NCBI GenBank assembly: GCA_965645245.1
Contig: OZ287067.1
Location: forward strand, 3,348,001 to 3,412,000
Length of the DNA: 64,000 nt
From: Massalongia carnosa
Lineage: Eukaryota
Reading direction: 5' to 3'
Below are positions 41,316 to 54,932 of this stretch, in pieces. Position 1 is the stretch's first letter, and each line of letters opens with the position of its first letter. The notes beneath the pieces are model-generated. The model did not search any database, was not told the origin of the DNA, and saw only the letters and a program-made list of their open reading frames with translations. A program made the position numbers and the translations under genes.

Positions 41316-43157
41316 CTAAACCTCCAACGCTCTCAACTCCCCCACAGCCTGGCCCAGCTTCCTCCTCAATTCCCGCACCTCGGCCGATTTGGAATCCCAT
41401 TCCCGCGAGTTCCGCGCCTCACCACGCTGTTGCTGATGGGGTCGCTGGGCGAAGTAGGTCGCGTTGCGAGCGAGAGACGCGGCGGAAGCGGCGGAAGTGG
41501 AGATGACAGGTGTTCGTGGCGGGAGGGGAATTTCGGGGGAGAGGGGGCATGCTCGAAATGTTCGGGGAAAGGGGTATGAGATTGGGCGTGAGCGAAGGGG
41601 GAGTTCTGGACGGGTCCTCGTGCGGGTGACGGGAAGCAATTGGGGAAAAGGAAAGACTGTCGCGGATGAATGGGGAGATCCCTGCCCTGCCATGATAGGG
41701 GGACTTCGTGTGCGAGGGATATATTGGGATTCACCAACAGGGGAAACCTCGGACGAGAGAAGCTCTGTGCACCCATCGGGACGAGTAAGAGTGACCGAGA
41801 AAGGTGCAGGCCAGAGAGGACGGCTGCTTGTGAATGCGAAAACGTCCGGGTGGCTTCCGAGAGGATCCCACTCGGCCCTGCGAACCGATTTCCGCGCGTC
41901 GGCGCCTCGGAAGAGATAGTTCGGAAGGGCTTTGAGATGATTTGGAGATTCGTTGCCTGAAAGAGCTGTGGAAGAGGGGGTAGGGTTAGGGGCTTGGGTT
42001 ATGAGGATGCTTGGAATGGCGGCTGGGGCAGCTAGTGCTCCCTCCAGGGAAGGGGTTTGCAGGTATGGGGCTGAGATGGAGGATTTGAGGTCGTGGGGTT
42101 GGCCTCGATGCCAAGGGAAGCGGTGCTTCGAGACGTTCTTGCTCTCCTGGGGAATCGTTTCTGGGGCTTGACGGAGACATCGTCGAGAATGTGTTCGAGG
42201 CTTCAGCTTTTTGACGAATCGCTTAAAGGATGTCTGGCGTTCTTCGGCGGATTGCCCAACTATCCTTTGCTGACTCAGCATTCCTGGTGCTGAGTTCTCC
42301 CTGATCTGACTCGCTGCTTCTTCCTCTGCCATTGGAATACCCATAGGAGGATAGTCCTCCGAGTATGGCGTGCCATCGTATAACGGCTGAGTGGATGCTG
42401 TTCTTCTCGTAAGTCGTTCCGCCAGGGGACGTTTAGGAAACATTTGACCCCTATGAACTCGCTTCTTTCGTTCCCGATCCCTTTCCTTCTCGTTAACAGC
42501 GAATTTTTCAGGAGAAGATAGGAAAGTAGGATACCACGGTCCTGGACCAGATGTTGAAACCTCTGAGGGACTCTCTTCGACTGAGATAGGGTTGAAAGAT
42601 GATTCGAGCGGAGACTGGAAGAGAAGTGCATCATTGTCCTCCCGATATCTCTGAGAGGATCCTTGGCGCCATGATCGTCCAGGAGTCAGAGCCGGGTGTA
42701 TGACATGAGACGGCTGAAAGATACTCCTGTTTCCAGATTCGTCCACTTCGATAGCTTGAGCTAGTCCCGATGGGGAACATTCGGCAAGAGGGAGCACCGT
42801 TAACCCCGTGACCTCTTTCCCCTTTTCTATGCCGTCTTCCTCCTCAAAGACTTGAATTTGAAGGGCGGTTCGGTAAGAAATCTCCGACAGAATCTCGTCT
42901 GCTGACCAAGTCGATGCGATGGAAGTTACTGAACCTTGTGGGGAACATCCCATTGGTGGGTTGCTCATGGCTAGGGAACTTCGTTGAGACCGCCCCGATG
43001 AGGGGCTGTCACTAGGTATATATAGTTCGCTATGGACGACAGGAATCAGATTCCTCATGATGCGTTGTCTTCGACGATGGTCGTCGGATTCGAGAAACGC
43101 TTCTAGTTTGGTTAACGCTGATTTGCAAAGCTTACGCAGGAAGCTTCGCACGGGCAT
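41316..43157 (-). CDS. Hypothetical Ser/Pro-rich, largely disordered protein (613 aa) with short C-terminal coiled coil
   Basis: Uninterrupted 613-codon ORF with no recognisable domain. Confidence 0.65.
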   Translation of the reverse strand: MPVRSFLRKLCKSALTKLEAFLESDDHRRRQRIMRNLIPVVHSELYIPSDSPSSGRSQRSSLAMSNPPMGCSPQGSVTSIASTWSADEILSEISYRTALQIQVFEEEDGIEKGKEVTGLTVLPLAECSPSGLAQAIEVDESGNRSIFQPSHVIHPALTPGRSWRQGSSQRYREDNDALLFQSPLESSFNPISVEESPSEVSTSGPGPWYPTFLSSPEKFAVNEKERDRERKKRVHRGQMFPKRPLAERLTRRTASTQPLYDGTPYSEDYPPMGIPMAEEEAASQIRENSAPGMLSQQRIVGQSAEERQTSFKRFVKKLKPRTHSRRCLRQAPETIPQESKNVSKHRFPWHRGQPHDLKSSISAPYLQTPSLEGALAAPAAIPSILITQAPNPTPSSTALSGNESPNHLKALPNYLFRGADARKSVRRAEWDPLGSHPDVFAFTSSRPLWPAPFSVTLTRPDGCTELLSSEVSPVGESQYIPRTRSPPIMAGQGSPHSSATVFPFPQLLPVTRTRTRPELPLRSRPISYPFPRTFRACPLSPEIPLPPRTPVISTSAASAASLARNATYFAQRPHQQQRGEARNSREWDSKSAEVRELRRKLGQAVGELRALEV

Positions 43158-43778
43158 ACCGAGGGAAGACTCGACAATCTAGATGCTGCAGGTGGTTTCG
43201 AAAGTCTCAATCATCAGCTATTTCTGAGGAACATGAAGGTGATCTTCAGAGTCCTGGTAGATGGGAGGGAATTATATATTTACCGCTGCTCTCAGACCAA
43301 ACTAAAGAAAACCATAGACAAGGACTTTGTGAGATGTAGACAAAGCACCGCACACGAAAAGGATTGTGTGAAAGGACAAAGGTATATAAACAGATGAAAG
43401 TAGGTCCAATGATCCAAGCCGAAAGAAAGGAAACAAAGAACTGGATGACTCGAACAGGTCCAAGCTTTGGAAGCAAGTCCGTTATACATACTGCCATTCC
43501 GGAGAGGAAACGTCGAGAAAAAGCCGATGCCCGAATCCGGAAATTCGTTTTAATTTTGGTGGGCTTCGTCCATTATATATAAGTTAGAGAGAAAGGCGCG
43601 GATAATTCGAAAAGTAAACCACTCAGCTGAATCCAATTGAATGTTTAAATATTCTTGACATGGAGCTAGTAATACACGACATTCATTCTTGAAGATCATG
43701 ATTTCTGTTCACAAAGAGAAGGTTGGATTCACATCGGATAAAGGAATCAAGAGCCTCAGATCTTACGACTGATCCGCA

Positions 43779-43816
43779 TTGTACTCTTGTACTCTTGTAC
43801 TCTTGTACTCTTGTAC
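43779..43816. repeat. Tandem repeat (TTGTACTC)x4.75
   Basis: Read directly from the sequence. Confidence 0.9.
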
Positions 43817-44444
43817 CGCGAGACCGTTCGCAACCACACGTACTAGTACGTCTCCAACCGAGCTCAAGATAGGAACATCCCAAGGGTACCTATAACGTGT
43901 CGTGAGAGTGATTAATATGTGATCACAAACCATGATCTCCAATCCGCAAGATTCATTGTTCATTCTTTGGACACATGGGGCGTCAATCCAGCCTTTGCCT
44001 TCAAGTTTGCAGCTTATGTTGCATGATTCATACCGAGCGAAATATGATCACTCACTCCCACAGGTGTCTTCCTGTAAAGCATACAGAGTAGACCGGGTGG
44101 ATAAACCGAGCAAACGAGATCAAGCCTAGTCTCTACTAGGAAAGTAATGCTGAGGAGTTCTTGAACACCTCATGCCGATGAAAACAAGACTCGTCGTTGA
44201 TCAGTTTGGAGCTAATTTATCCTTATTGTCAATGGCAAGTATGTACTTCGTACGGTGCCTTGTAAGGTATCGATCCTATGATAAGATGAAAGGATCTTCG
44301 GATCGTGTTTGCTGTACCGAGGACTCATATTCAGCCCACGTGGAAGCGGGTATAAGTGAATCCGGATCCCCTAGGGAGCACGTTGGTATACCTGGGCTGG
44401 TACGCAGGTTGGTCCAGGTTGGTACAGTAGCGAGAGTAGGCTAC

Positions 44445-44489
44445 TGTACTCTGTACGTATGTACTTTGTACGTATGTACTCTGTACGTG
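44445..44489. repeat. Tandem repeat, 15-bp unit TGTACTCTGTACGTA x3 (imperfect)
   Basis: Read directly from the sequence. Confidence 0.85.
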
Positions 44490-45307
44490 TATGTACCTAG
44501 GCAGGTAGAGGGGGGTGAGGGTAAGGGGCAAGGGAGGGGTGTGCGGGGTGGGGTGCATTAGCTCCCCGTTTCTCCAGGTATGACGTTGCACAAAGCTCAA
44601 AGAGTTCAATGAAAGGCTCTTCAACAGACTCTTGATTCTTGTTACGAACAGTTTCACTCGGAAGAACGCTTCAATTCGTGGCCAGGTGGTTGATGAGATA
44701 TGTGTTCCGAGTGAAAAGTGAATTCGTCAACTCATCACGGCTTCGGGAGCTACTGTCAGCGTGCTCAACATCCCAGTCAAGCCCGAAATCCCGCGTCCCA
44801 GCCTCCTATTCTCTTCTTCCCTACATTTCATCACGGCTCTTCGTGTTTTGCTGTCGTTCTTTCCTGACATTGGTCCTTGATCTTAAGCAGATCTTTGGAT
44901 GTCAGCTTCAAGGCATCGGGTCTATGTATTTGTCTAGCTGTGGGTTTTGCGATTGAGTCCACCACCAGGATCGCCAAAGGTATGTAGGGTGAGAGCTTTG
45001 TGCGTGACCAGCCAAGGCAAGCTGCCCAACATATTCTGTATAGACCTCGTGTGTTGTCTCCTTGTGGTCCGAATACAAAATCACCCGGCGGCGCTTATCA
45101 CGGTGTCCTGATGCAATTATCCGTTGCCCCAAAACCGCTGCTAATGGATGCGCTCATAGTTTATGGTTTGTGAGGCCTCAGTCACCGGCTACTCTCTTTT
45201 CTTTGCCTTGTATTCACCTTTCTCCGGCATAGGCGCACAGTCTTCACAAAGCATTGTTTACATCTTGCATTTTGGTCGCAATATTTGCATATCTTCTGTA
45301 GGCGATC

Positions 45308-47832
45308 ATGTCCACTGAGATTGCCGGATCGCACACCAACGGCACCATGGGGGACGCCGACTCATCGAAACGAGATATCAAAAATCACATGCTCTTTGAG
45401 GTATCGACAGAAGCTGCCAATCGAGGTGACGGGTTCCCAGCGTGCATCATCACCCTCGCTAATCCGTCCCAGTCGGCGGCATATACTCCGTGATCAAGTC
45501 AAAGGCTCCGGTCACCACGGCAGAGTATGGTGACCGCTACACCCTAATTGGCCCGCTCAATCGCGCATCGGTGAGCTAGCCCGCGTCGTTGCCATGGACA
45601 TGACTCACCCCATACGCAGGCTGCAGTCGAAGTCGAACCCCTCACTCCGACTAACCCCGAGCTAGCCCTGTCGATTTCCAACATGAAGGCGCGGGGGATC
45701 GATATGGTCTATGGCCGATGGCTGATAGAAGGCGCCCCCCGGATTCTCCTCATCGATACCAAAACGGGCTATCGCTGGCTAGATGAGTGGAAAGCGGATC
45801 TGTGGAACACGGCCGGGATTCCGTCTCCACCTGGGGATGTCGAGACGAATGAAGCAGTTGTGTTCGGATACCTGGTGGCATGGTTTCTTGGCGAGGTACA
45901 TGGCTCCGGAGATGGGAGGATGGATGCCGCGCTGACTCCGCATAGTTTGTCTCCCACGAGAGAAAGAAGGCGATTATTGCCCACTTCCACGAATGGCTTG
46001 CCGGCGTAGCGCTTCCGTTGACGAAAAAGCGGAGGATCGATGTCACCACCATCTTCACCACACACGCAACGCTGCTCGGAAGATATCTCTGCGCGGGATC
46101 GGTGGACTTTTACAACAACCTGCAGTACTTCGACGTGGATTCCGAGGCAGGAAGGCGTGGAATCTACCATCGATACTGCATCGAGCGGGCCGCCTCGCAT
46201 GCAACGGACGTCTTCACCACCGTATCTCACATTACCGCGTACGAGAGCGAACATCTGCTGAAGCGAAAACCCGACGGCGTGTTGCCGAATGGACTGAATG
46301 TGAAGAAATTCTCTGCAATGCACGAATTCCAGAATCTCCATCAGCAATCGAAAGAAAAGATCCATGACTTTGTCCGCGGACACTTCTACGGCCATTGCGA
46401 TTTCGAGCCCGATAACACCCTGTACTTCTTCACGGCTGGGCGCTACGAGTACCGGAACAAAGGGGTGGACATGTTCATCGAGTCGCTAGCGCGGTTGAAT
46501 CATCGCTTGAAAGTCGAGGGTTCGAAAACGACAATCGTAGCGTTCATCATCATGCCCGCGCAGACCCAGTCCTTGACCGTAGAAGCGCTCAAAGGGCAGG
46601 CGGTGATCAAATCTCTGCGAGACACGGTGAGCGTGATTGAGCGGGAGGTGGGAAAGCGGCTGTTCGAACGAGCCTTGCAATGGCACGAGGGAGACGAAGC
46701 ACCGGAGGCGAAAGACCTGCTTAGCAGCCAAGATCGCATAATGCTGCGTCGACGGTTATTTGCCATGAAGCGAAATGGTCTGCCGCCGGTGGTCACGCAC
46801 AACATGACCAACGACGCGGAAGATCCGATCCTGAATCAAATCCGCCGGGTGCAGCTGTTCAACCATCCCACCGACCGAGTCAAGATCGTCTTTCATCCCG
46901 AATTCCTCAGCTCGGCAAACCCCGTTTTGCCGCTTGATTACGACGATTTTGTACGTGGATGCCACATGGGAGTATTCCCGTCATACTACGAGCCATGGGG
47001 ATACACGCCGGCCGAGTGTACGGTCATGGGCGTGCCAAGCATCACAACCAACCTGTCGGGTTTTGGGTGCTACATGGAAGAGTTGATTGAGAACGCGTCG
47101 GATTACGGCATTTATATTGTGGATCGCCGGATGAAGGGCGTCGACGACTCGGTCAACCAGCTCTCGAATTTCATGTTCGATTTCGCCTCCAAGAGTAAGC
47201 GGCAACGCATCAACCAGCGGAACCGAACGGAGCGACTGAGCGATCTCCTGGATTGGAAAAGAATGGGTATGGAATACGCCAAGGCGCGGCAATTGGCACT
47301 GCGGAGAGGTAAGGCTCGAGATTTACCATGATTCATTGATGGAGCGGAAACACCGTTTTCCTTGGCAAAGGAGGCTAATCCTTCCCAGCGTATCCGGCCT
47401 CGTTCGACGACGATTACGATGAAGAAGGCATTTTCGACAACGTCGAGCCAAAGTTGACCAGACCGTTGTCTGTGCCCGGCTCCCCCCGAACACGAACGGG
47501 GATGATGACACCAGGGGATTTCGCCTCGTTACAAGAGGGCCGCGAGGGACTGAGCACGGAGGATTATATTGCATGGAAACTACCGTATGCGTCTTTCTTT
47601 CTTACGCTCACCTTGAGCATGCATAATCTGTTTTCACCTACGCTTTCGCGTACGCGCTCCGCATGTTTCCCGAAAAGCCATCAAACACAGCGCTAACGGC
47701 AGGCGTGGCTTACCTCACAGAGAAGAAGAAGACGCCGACGACTTCGTCTTCCCCCTCACCCTGAAACCCCCCCGCAAATCCCCCATGAATTCCCCCCGCC
47801 CTGGCAGCGCGAACGGGACGTCCTCAAGCTAG
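45308..47832 (+). CDS. GSY1: Glycogen synthase (GT3), multi-exon
   Basis: [34 protein letters not shown] and [13 protein letters not shown] motifs, plus the C-terminal regulatory [10 protein letters not shown]...MTPGDFASL segment. Confidence 0.96.
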
Positions 47833-49506
47833 CCCACTTGCTCCTTCGCGTGGCTTGGCCTTTTTGCCGATCCCGCTTTCGGGAAGCAGGGAGACGCAAT
47901 CAATGGGCAAGTGAAGCGGAAAGGATGTCGAACATAAGCGGGGGAGGGGTGTACGCCAGGTAGAAGTGAATTAGTAGGAGATGAGGCGGAGATTTTTTGT
48001 GGATAGTCACCCACTTGGTTGGTTTTGTACAGCATGGTGGTTGAAAGAAGGGAGGAGAAGAAGCAGAAGAACGCTTTACTTTATCTATCTCATAACCAAC
48101 TAGCGCGTCCGCGGTTCCGATTTCCGTGTTTTGTATTTATTTGTCATGTCTTGTTTCTGATTTCCCCCCTTTTTTCCCCTTCTTCTTCTTCTATGCAAGA
48201 GGACATACACACATACATAACCGATGTTCACCATCTTGTTGCCCATTGTAGCTATCCTTCGTTGTCCATACATACATCCATAGCTGTTTTGCGTTTTGCG
48301 TTTTGCTATTCCCAATCACTCAATCAATCAATATTCTGTTCTTGTCATGATTTGGTTTTTCGCTGATGGTGGTTGGAGGTGTATCATTGCCCCTGTTTGC
48401 CTACAAACCTGTATACCTACCTGCCTGCCTACCTACTCACCTGATTCATATATCCAATTCAATGCAACAGAAACACCCCTCCCCCCCCCCCAAAAGCCCC
48501 CCATTGCCACAAACAATACGCGTACAAGGTAGTACAACACAACAAACAACAGCGCGGGTGACCATAGGGCGACGATGGCTATCTTTGCCAGGCGTAAATC
48601 CCGTTATAGAGCTGGGGATGGCTATCGCGCTTATGCTTCGGTATGTGTATTTCAGGTTTAATGTGCAGGGAATTTGCTCTTTTTATCCAATTCTCCATAT
48701 TGTGGTATTTTCTTCATATTAAATCAGTGTCTGTTTCCTATCCGGGCTAGATCGGAATCGTGGGCCTAGTCGAAGAAAAAAGTACTATTTATTAATGAAA
48801 ACTAGACAGACAGAGATACAACATTACGGGGCGATGAAAAGGAAGGCGGGCGGAAGGATGCAAATAAAAACAAAAATGAAAGCCAATAGGAAGGAACGTA
48901 TAGGGAACAATGGAATAGCGAGAGAGATGTGTAGATAGGTAAAAAATCTGGACTTCGAGGATATGACCGAGGCATTTTTCGCCTGGAGATCAAGGACTCA
49001 AAGTTAACCCTTTTCCCATTTGTAAATGTGGTCTCAAACTCCCCCTTAGTCGTATGGCTTTTCACGACCAGCATGCCCTCAAAGTGTTGAAAATCATGAA
49101 TTATCCCAGGGGCTTGTTTCAAGGAGGTGTTTGCGCCAGCAAGGTTTTTACATGAAGATGCTTGAAGAGAAGGTGCAACAGAATTGTCAATAGACAGATT
49201 AATGCAGTAGTTGATAGCTTTTTGTATACTATTTGAGGCTTGATGGAGCGGAGATGGTAGGATTACCGAGAAATTATGATGCAGCGCAGTTACTTATATC
49301 AAAGTTGAAGGCAAGGGACCAAATCAAACCGAATCCTTCTTCTAACCAGGCTATATTTATCGTGATTAGCAACAGTCAAGCTACCACCTTGGGAGTGTAC
49401 TCGTACTTGCAAACCGATACCTTTACCCATTGTGAAAGGCACGCACCAGTGGCCACAACTGTCGTTCCTCTGTGCTTGTCAACTTCTCCATAGACTCTAG
49501 GAGAAG

Positions 49507-50100
49507 CTATTCGAATTTCCCATGTTTGCCATTATTGATCATGAGCAACACGACTACGAAGAACCGAGGGTAGAACCCTGCTGATGCCCAGTCAAGGACG
49601 CAGATTGAGCGCGTCCTGCAGCCAAAGAATGTTTCGAGGGGCGAGATCGAGAAGACAAAGACTAGTGGATAGTCTTGGAGGATCAGTTTTGTATCGTCGG
49701 CCCATGATCTACGATTCAGCCAACACTCCATGTCATAGACGGTCTTGCTCTAGGGCCAAATTAGATGTAGAGCAATTCATAGAGCAAATAGAGGAGATCC
49801 CCATAACATTCCTTTGACAACCTTTAGCAAGGATTTTACGGTCCACTGAAGTCTATCAAAGAAATGCAAAGGAGCAATGATATTATAAGTACCAAAGATT
49901 GGTGGATCAACAGCTGTGCAGCTAGTGAGAAGAAGTTCTAGCTCTAGGTTGTTTGTGATCGTTATCTCTGTCCCTTGGTTACTTGAATACCTAAGACCCA
50001 AGGCAGACTGGAGTAGATGGTCAAAATCCACAGAGGCAAGCACTTGCGCAAACCTAGTCAATTCTTCTGGGTTATTGCCGCTTGCACTCGAGCCTGCCAT
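49507..50100 (-). pseudogene. Degenerate APH/choline-kinase-like phosphotransferase gene
   Basis: N-terminal VDFDHLLQSA...PPIFGTYNII...WTVK. After frameshifts, LDLAPRNILWLQD and SICVLDWASAGFYPRFF match APH-family catalytic and Mg-binding motifs. The middle region is largely missing. Confidence 0.6.
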
Positions 50101-50801
50101 GATGAGGAATAATATAAGGGAAGTACCGGAGGTAAGAAAGGCGCAGCTGAAGGGAATGGAAGAGAGACGGCTGCAGATATCGCAAACGTACTGCCATGGA
50201 TGAGACATATGTTGACGAAATGAATAATGACACTATCAATCGGCCGAAAGAGCTGCGAACATTTTCTGCCTTTTAATACTCTTGCCAATAAAAGATCCCA
50301 GCCTGAATTATATACTGGGCTTCCCCACACTCATGAGACTGTTGCCATGATGAGCAGTTTATGAAAGAAGCCTTTTAATAAGGTGCTTGTTGTTTATAGT
50401 GCAACAGTTGAACGATGACTGATAGCACTACCTATATATTGTGCAGCGTTTAGCTTGTCCTATATTATTTAAGCATGAGCTACAACACGATTATCTTTGC
50501 TTCTGATTGATGATTTTTGGAGCTTCTGTTATGCTCTAAATTAGAAGAGATATGAATATAAGGTCCTGGTTTGGCAAGTAACCCGCGCTTGTAATACCTC
50601 CGTGTCTAAAATTAGAAAAGGCCGGCAGAATTACGGTTAATCTCATCAGTATATTCTTTATTTCTAAAGGTCTTCCTTATACTCTGTAGTAAACCAATCA
50701 GCTCATTTTCTCTGCTGTTGAACAGCGTCATAGATCAATGTAATATAAAATTGGTGAGATTGCTCTTGTCTAGGATTCATGACGTGCTTCAGTCAAGCAA
50801 C

Positions 50802-53800
50802 ATGCCCTCTACTACTCCGGGGCAATCTCCTGAAGCCTTCGGGTCGCCTCGTCAAAGCCCTTCCGTTAGCCAGTATCCCTTCCCCTCATACGAAGTTTCA
50901 CAAAAGCCTGTATCGACTGGACTCTATGATACAAGGCGCAACTCGACGGCGAGCTCGATCACGTCAATCGGGGAGGTCTTGGGCTCGGCGGCGCAGAGTA
51001 AGACTATTTCATTCGCTGAGGCAGGTAACAATGGTGAGTGCCGACCTCTCAACGGTAGTGCAGCTGAACTGAAAAACATCCAGCTATCTCTACTCTTCTC
51101 CAGCCACCAATCGTTCGCACAGGCCTGCTTCCCCAGACTGGTGGCTCAGGTGCACAAAAGGCTCCGTCCACGAAAGATATCCCCCCGGTCACTTTGACAA
51201 ACATACCTCATATTGATTTTAAGGCTTTTCAGCCTTACCTCTCACAAGCAGGCTCACTTTATGATGCCTTTCAGCGTGCGAAGGAAGGGTTTGATGACGG
51301 CGGGTTGACAATTTCTAGAAAAGCTCGGCCATCCCTAAAGACAGACCAAGTGAGTGGATTGCTTAATCAAGGCACCCAACGACGGAAGCTCAATACACCA
51401 GTAACAACTCCTACATCACCCGTTCTTAGTTCTCCCCTCGATGACGCCCACACGAGAGGCCGAGCCAATGGAGGGTCTCCTCGTCGAGGTTTGAACGCTG
51501 TCACTCCGATATCTATCATCCCTGCCGTCTACTTCGAGCAAGACTTTCACTTGGAAAACCCAAGGACATTTGATATAGTCAGCGAAAGGTCTGAAATTGT
51601 ACGGCCTCCCCTTGGCTCTAACGGAGGCTTGACGATAGCCGGGTCAACAGGTAGGAAGGTTCTTGCGACGAATGCAATATTACAAGAGAAATTATCTTGG
51701 TATATGGATACTGTGGAGGTGCATTTGATATCTTCTATATCTACAGCCTCGACCTCTTTTTTCGCCGCCTTGGGTTCTTTACGAGAACTACACCTTGAAG
51801 CCTCGAAATCTGTAGAAAAAATACAAACTTTAAGGAAGGATCTAGCAAATTTAGACCGAGATATGGCCGTAGGAGGGCTGAGAATTGTTGCTATGCGGAA
51901 GCGCCGGGAGAATATGAAGAAACTTAGTGACGCTGTGGAGCAGTTGGCCCGTGTGGTGGAAGCCGTTTCCCTATGCGAAGAACAAGTAGAAAATGGGGAT
52001 ATCGAGGATGCTCTCCAGGGTCTAATTGAAGTTGAGAGGCTTATCAGAGGACAAAAAGATAAAAGGCAATCAGTCCAGGAAGCGGACAACCCTTCGACTT
52101 TTGACACAAAGCTGGTGGACCTTAGCGGCATAAAGGCCTTGGAAGGGGCAGGAAATGATATATCATATCTAAGGAAAAGAATAGGTAAAGGTTTTGAATC
52201 TAGATTTCTTGAGGCATTACTTGGAGATTTACGGTTTCACGTCGATACAATTCCATCGGCTATCACATTCCAAAGATGGGATAAAGCATCTCAGCGATTT
52301 CGGACAAACCATACCCGTACGCCATCAGCTTTCCCTGCATATTTGCATATAGACGACTCCTTGCGGTCAGAGTTAAGATCCACCCTGCATGGACTGAGTC
52401 AATCAGAGAGCATTATGCCTGCAACCATCTCCTACCGTGAAGCTGTGTTGCGAGAGGTCAAGACGCTGATCAGGAGGCATTTACCTTCTTCAAGTGACGA
52501 TGATAACGAATCTACCATGTCAGCCTCTACGCAAGGTGGTCGACAGATGACTCAACAAGACAAGTCTCTTATTCTTGCACGAAATCTTCGAGCTCTTGGT
52601 CCGGAAGAGTCGGAAGAATTATTGGAAAAAATATACTCAAATGTGGGCGAAGCACTGAGAAGACTGGGAACTCAAGTGAAGGTTGTCCTGGATGTGACTA
52701 GCTCGTTCAACGTTCCGCCTCCAACTGTGGTCAAGTCGCCTTCTAGTCCACTAGTAGCTAATATGGAAGGTTATCACGATGGAGCTTTGCCCACCTCACA
52801 TCGTTTACCATTTCAACAAGAAGAGATCCAGCAGGCGCTAGATATGTCTCATCTTCTTGGCCAAGCCGTTGATATTGCCCAGGCACAGATTACGAAGATT
52901 CTAAAAGTTCGTTCAGATCAAAATACCCATCTTCCCTTACACAGGTTTTTGAGATATTTCCACCTCAATCGCCTTTTTGCGGATGAGTGCGAAGCCGTCT
53001 CCGGACGGGGTGGAGCGGCATTGAAAACTGTCGTGAATGCCCACATCAAGGAGTTCGTGACGCAATTCGCGGATGGCGAAAGACAGCGCTTGGTTCAGGG
53101 CATGGACGCGGATCGTTGGGACGCCAAGGATTTTACAGACTCGCATCGTCAAATTTTGAACAGGATCCTGGAAGGAAGCACTAGAGATGTTGATGCATGG
53201 ACGAAAGCTTGCTTGATATGGGAGAAAGATGACGAAGCCATGATTGGAGGACTGGAAACGAATGTGGAAATTACCAACGGCGATGAGCCCCTCAAAGACA
53301 AGATTCGGGGTGCTGTTATTGATGAGCAGAAATATATACTTCCCGAATCAGCATTCACGGTTCTTCGCGGCATTGAAAGATTTGAGAATCTGATTGCTGG
53401 AATACCCAGCATGACCCAAGAAATCACCTCTTTTCTTCTCGAATATCTTGGACTTTTCAATAGCCGTTCACAGCAGCTGATTCTAGGTGCTGGGGCTACT
53501 AGGATCGCTGGCCTCAAAAACATAACAACCAAACATCTTGCCCTGGCCTCCCAAGCTCTAAGCTTTGTCACCGCTCTCACCCCCCACGTCCGTGAATTTG
53601 CACGGAGGCACTCGTCCGGCTCAGGGGTGCTCATGATCGAGTTTGATAAGATGAAACGCGAGTATCAAGAACACCAAGCGGGCATCAATGATAAGCTTGT
53701 CGACATCATGAGCGGACGGGCAACAGCACATGTCAATGTCATGAAGAAGCTTGACTGGGACGCGGCACCGAGTAACAAGGCTGTGAATGCGTACATGGAG

Positions 53801-54191
53801 ACTCTAGTCAAGGAAACCGCTACACTACATAAGGTGCTTAGCAAACACCTCCCCGACATCTCCGTGCGAATGATCATGGAACCAGTGTTCGGCAGCTATA
53901 AGGAGCAGCTCGGGAAAGCTTTCCAGGACGTCACGATGGAGACATTGAAAGGGAAGGAAAGGTGCTACATGGTTTTCTCTCCCTCGATCCCTTCAATTTA
54001 CTGATACATTTTGCGCCTACAGCATGCTCCGCGACGCCGAGTACTTTAAATATCGAATCGGAAAACTCGACGGCGCAGCCAACCTCGGCGATCATCTCGT
54101 CCGAGTTGCACATGACAAAGCAATTCCTCGGCCAGAGTCTCCACAACAGCTTTCCCAGGACGCGGCAAATCCTTCGGAGCAGGCGGTTTAG
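50802..54191 (+). CDS. VPS54: GARP complex subunit Vps54, 3 exons
   Basis: FHLENPRTFD, LQEKLSWYMDTVEVHLI and FNSRSQQLILGAGA...GLKNITTKHLALASQAL motifs. Last exon MLRDAEYFK...EQAV*. Confidence 0.93.
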
Positions 54192-54932
54192 CCAACAACT
54201 CCAAGATGTCCCATCCCAACCCGAAATCATGCAGTAGTAGTGATTAGCCTTGCCTAATCTCCCCAAACCGAGCAACCCTTATTGCGACGGAGCTCGCACA
54301 GCTCAAGTGTCCAAAACGTACACAAGGCCTCGTGATTCCACACTCAAGCCTTTCATATGAAAACCTCAGCAGCTCGCAGTCAAGGATTCCTTCCAGCAAG
54401 CATTCTTCCCCACTGTTAGCTCCGGCGACCCTGTCCCCATCTGACGCTCGCCTGGGGATCTCTCACCTAATATTTACCCGTTCTGCTGATCCTAGGTACA
54501 TATCCTAGTTACGAGGTGTTTCCTACAACGTGACCCGAACTTGTTGTTTATATAAGACTTTAGCCGCGGCACCCATAATTACAAATACATATTCCTGGAG
54601 GGCTTGATTCGGGAAGTGCATACATGATTTAATGAAGTGATTTTCCACTCGGCAGGGCCTAGGAGATACACAGGTAGCGAGGACGTGGGAAATGTACGAA
54701 ATCTATTTGTTCGTAGGTGGTATGTAAAATGCTCCTACATGCTCCCATGATAATTGGCAAGAACACCTCTACCGCCCCTTAGGGGCACTTCGAGCGTCTC
54801 AGCACGTTACTAGTCAGCTATAAGTGGAGTCGCATCGAGGAGGATATCCTTAAAGGCCATCATCATCACCAATAACGTTCTCATCAAACCATCGGTCGTT
54901 GACATGGCTCCTCTAATTTCCACCCTAGACGC

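Noticed and set aside
43779..44489. CRISPR-like array
   Set aside because: These are head-to-tail repeats with no unique spacers, in eukaryotic DNA with no cas genes.
45750..47336. Numerous antisense and alternate-frame ORFs over glycogen synthase (likewise over ERG20, VPS54 and CDC23)
   Set aside because: These are shadow ORFs expected from GC-rich codon usage of the real genes.
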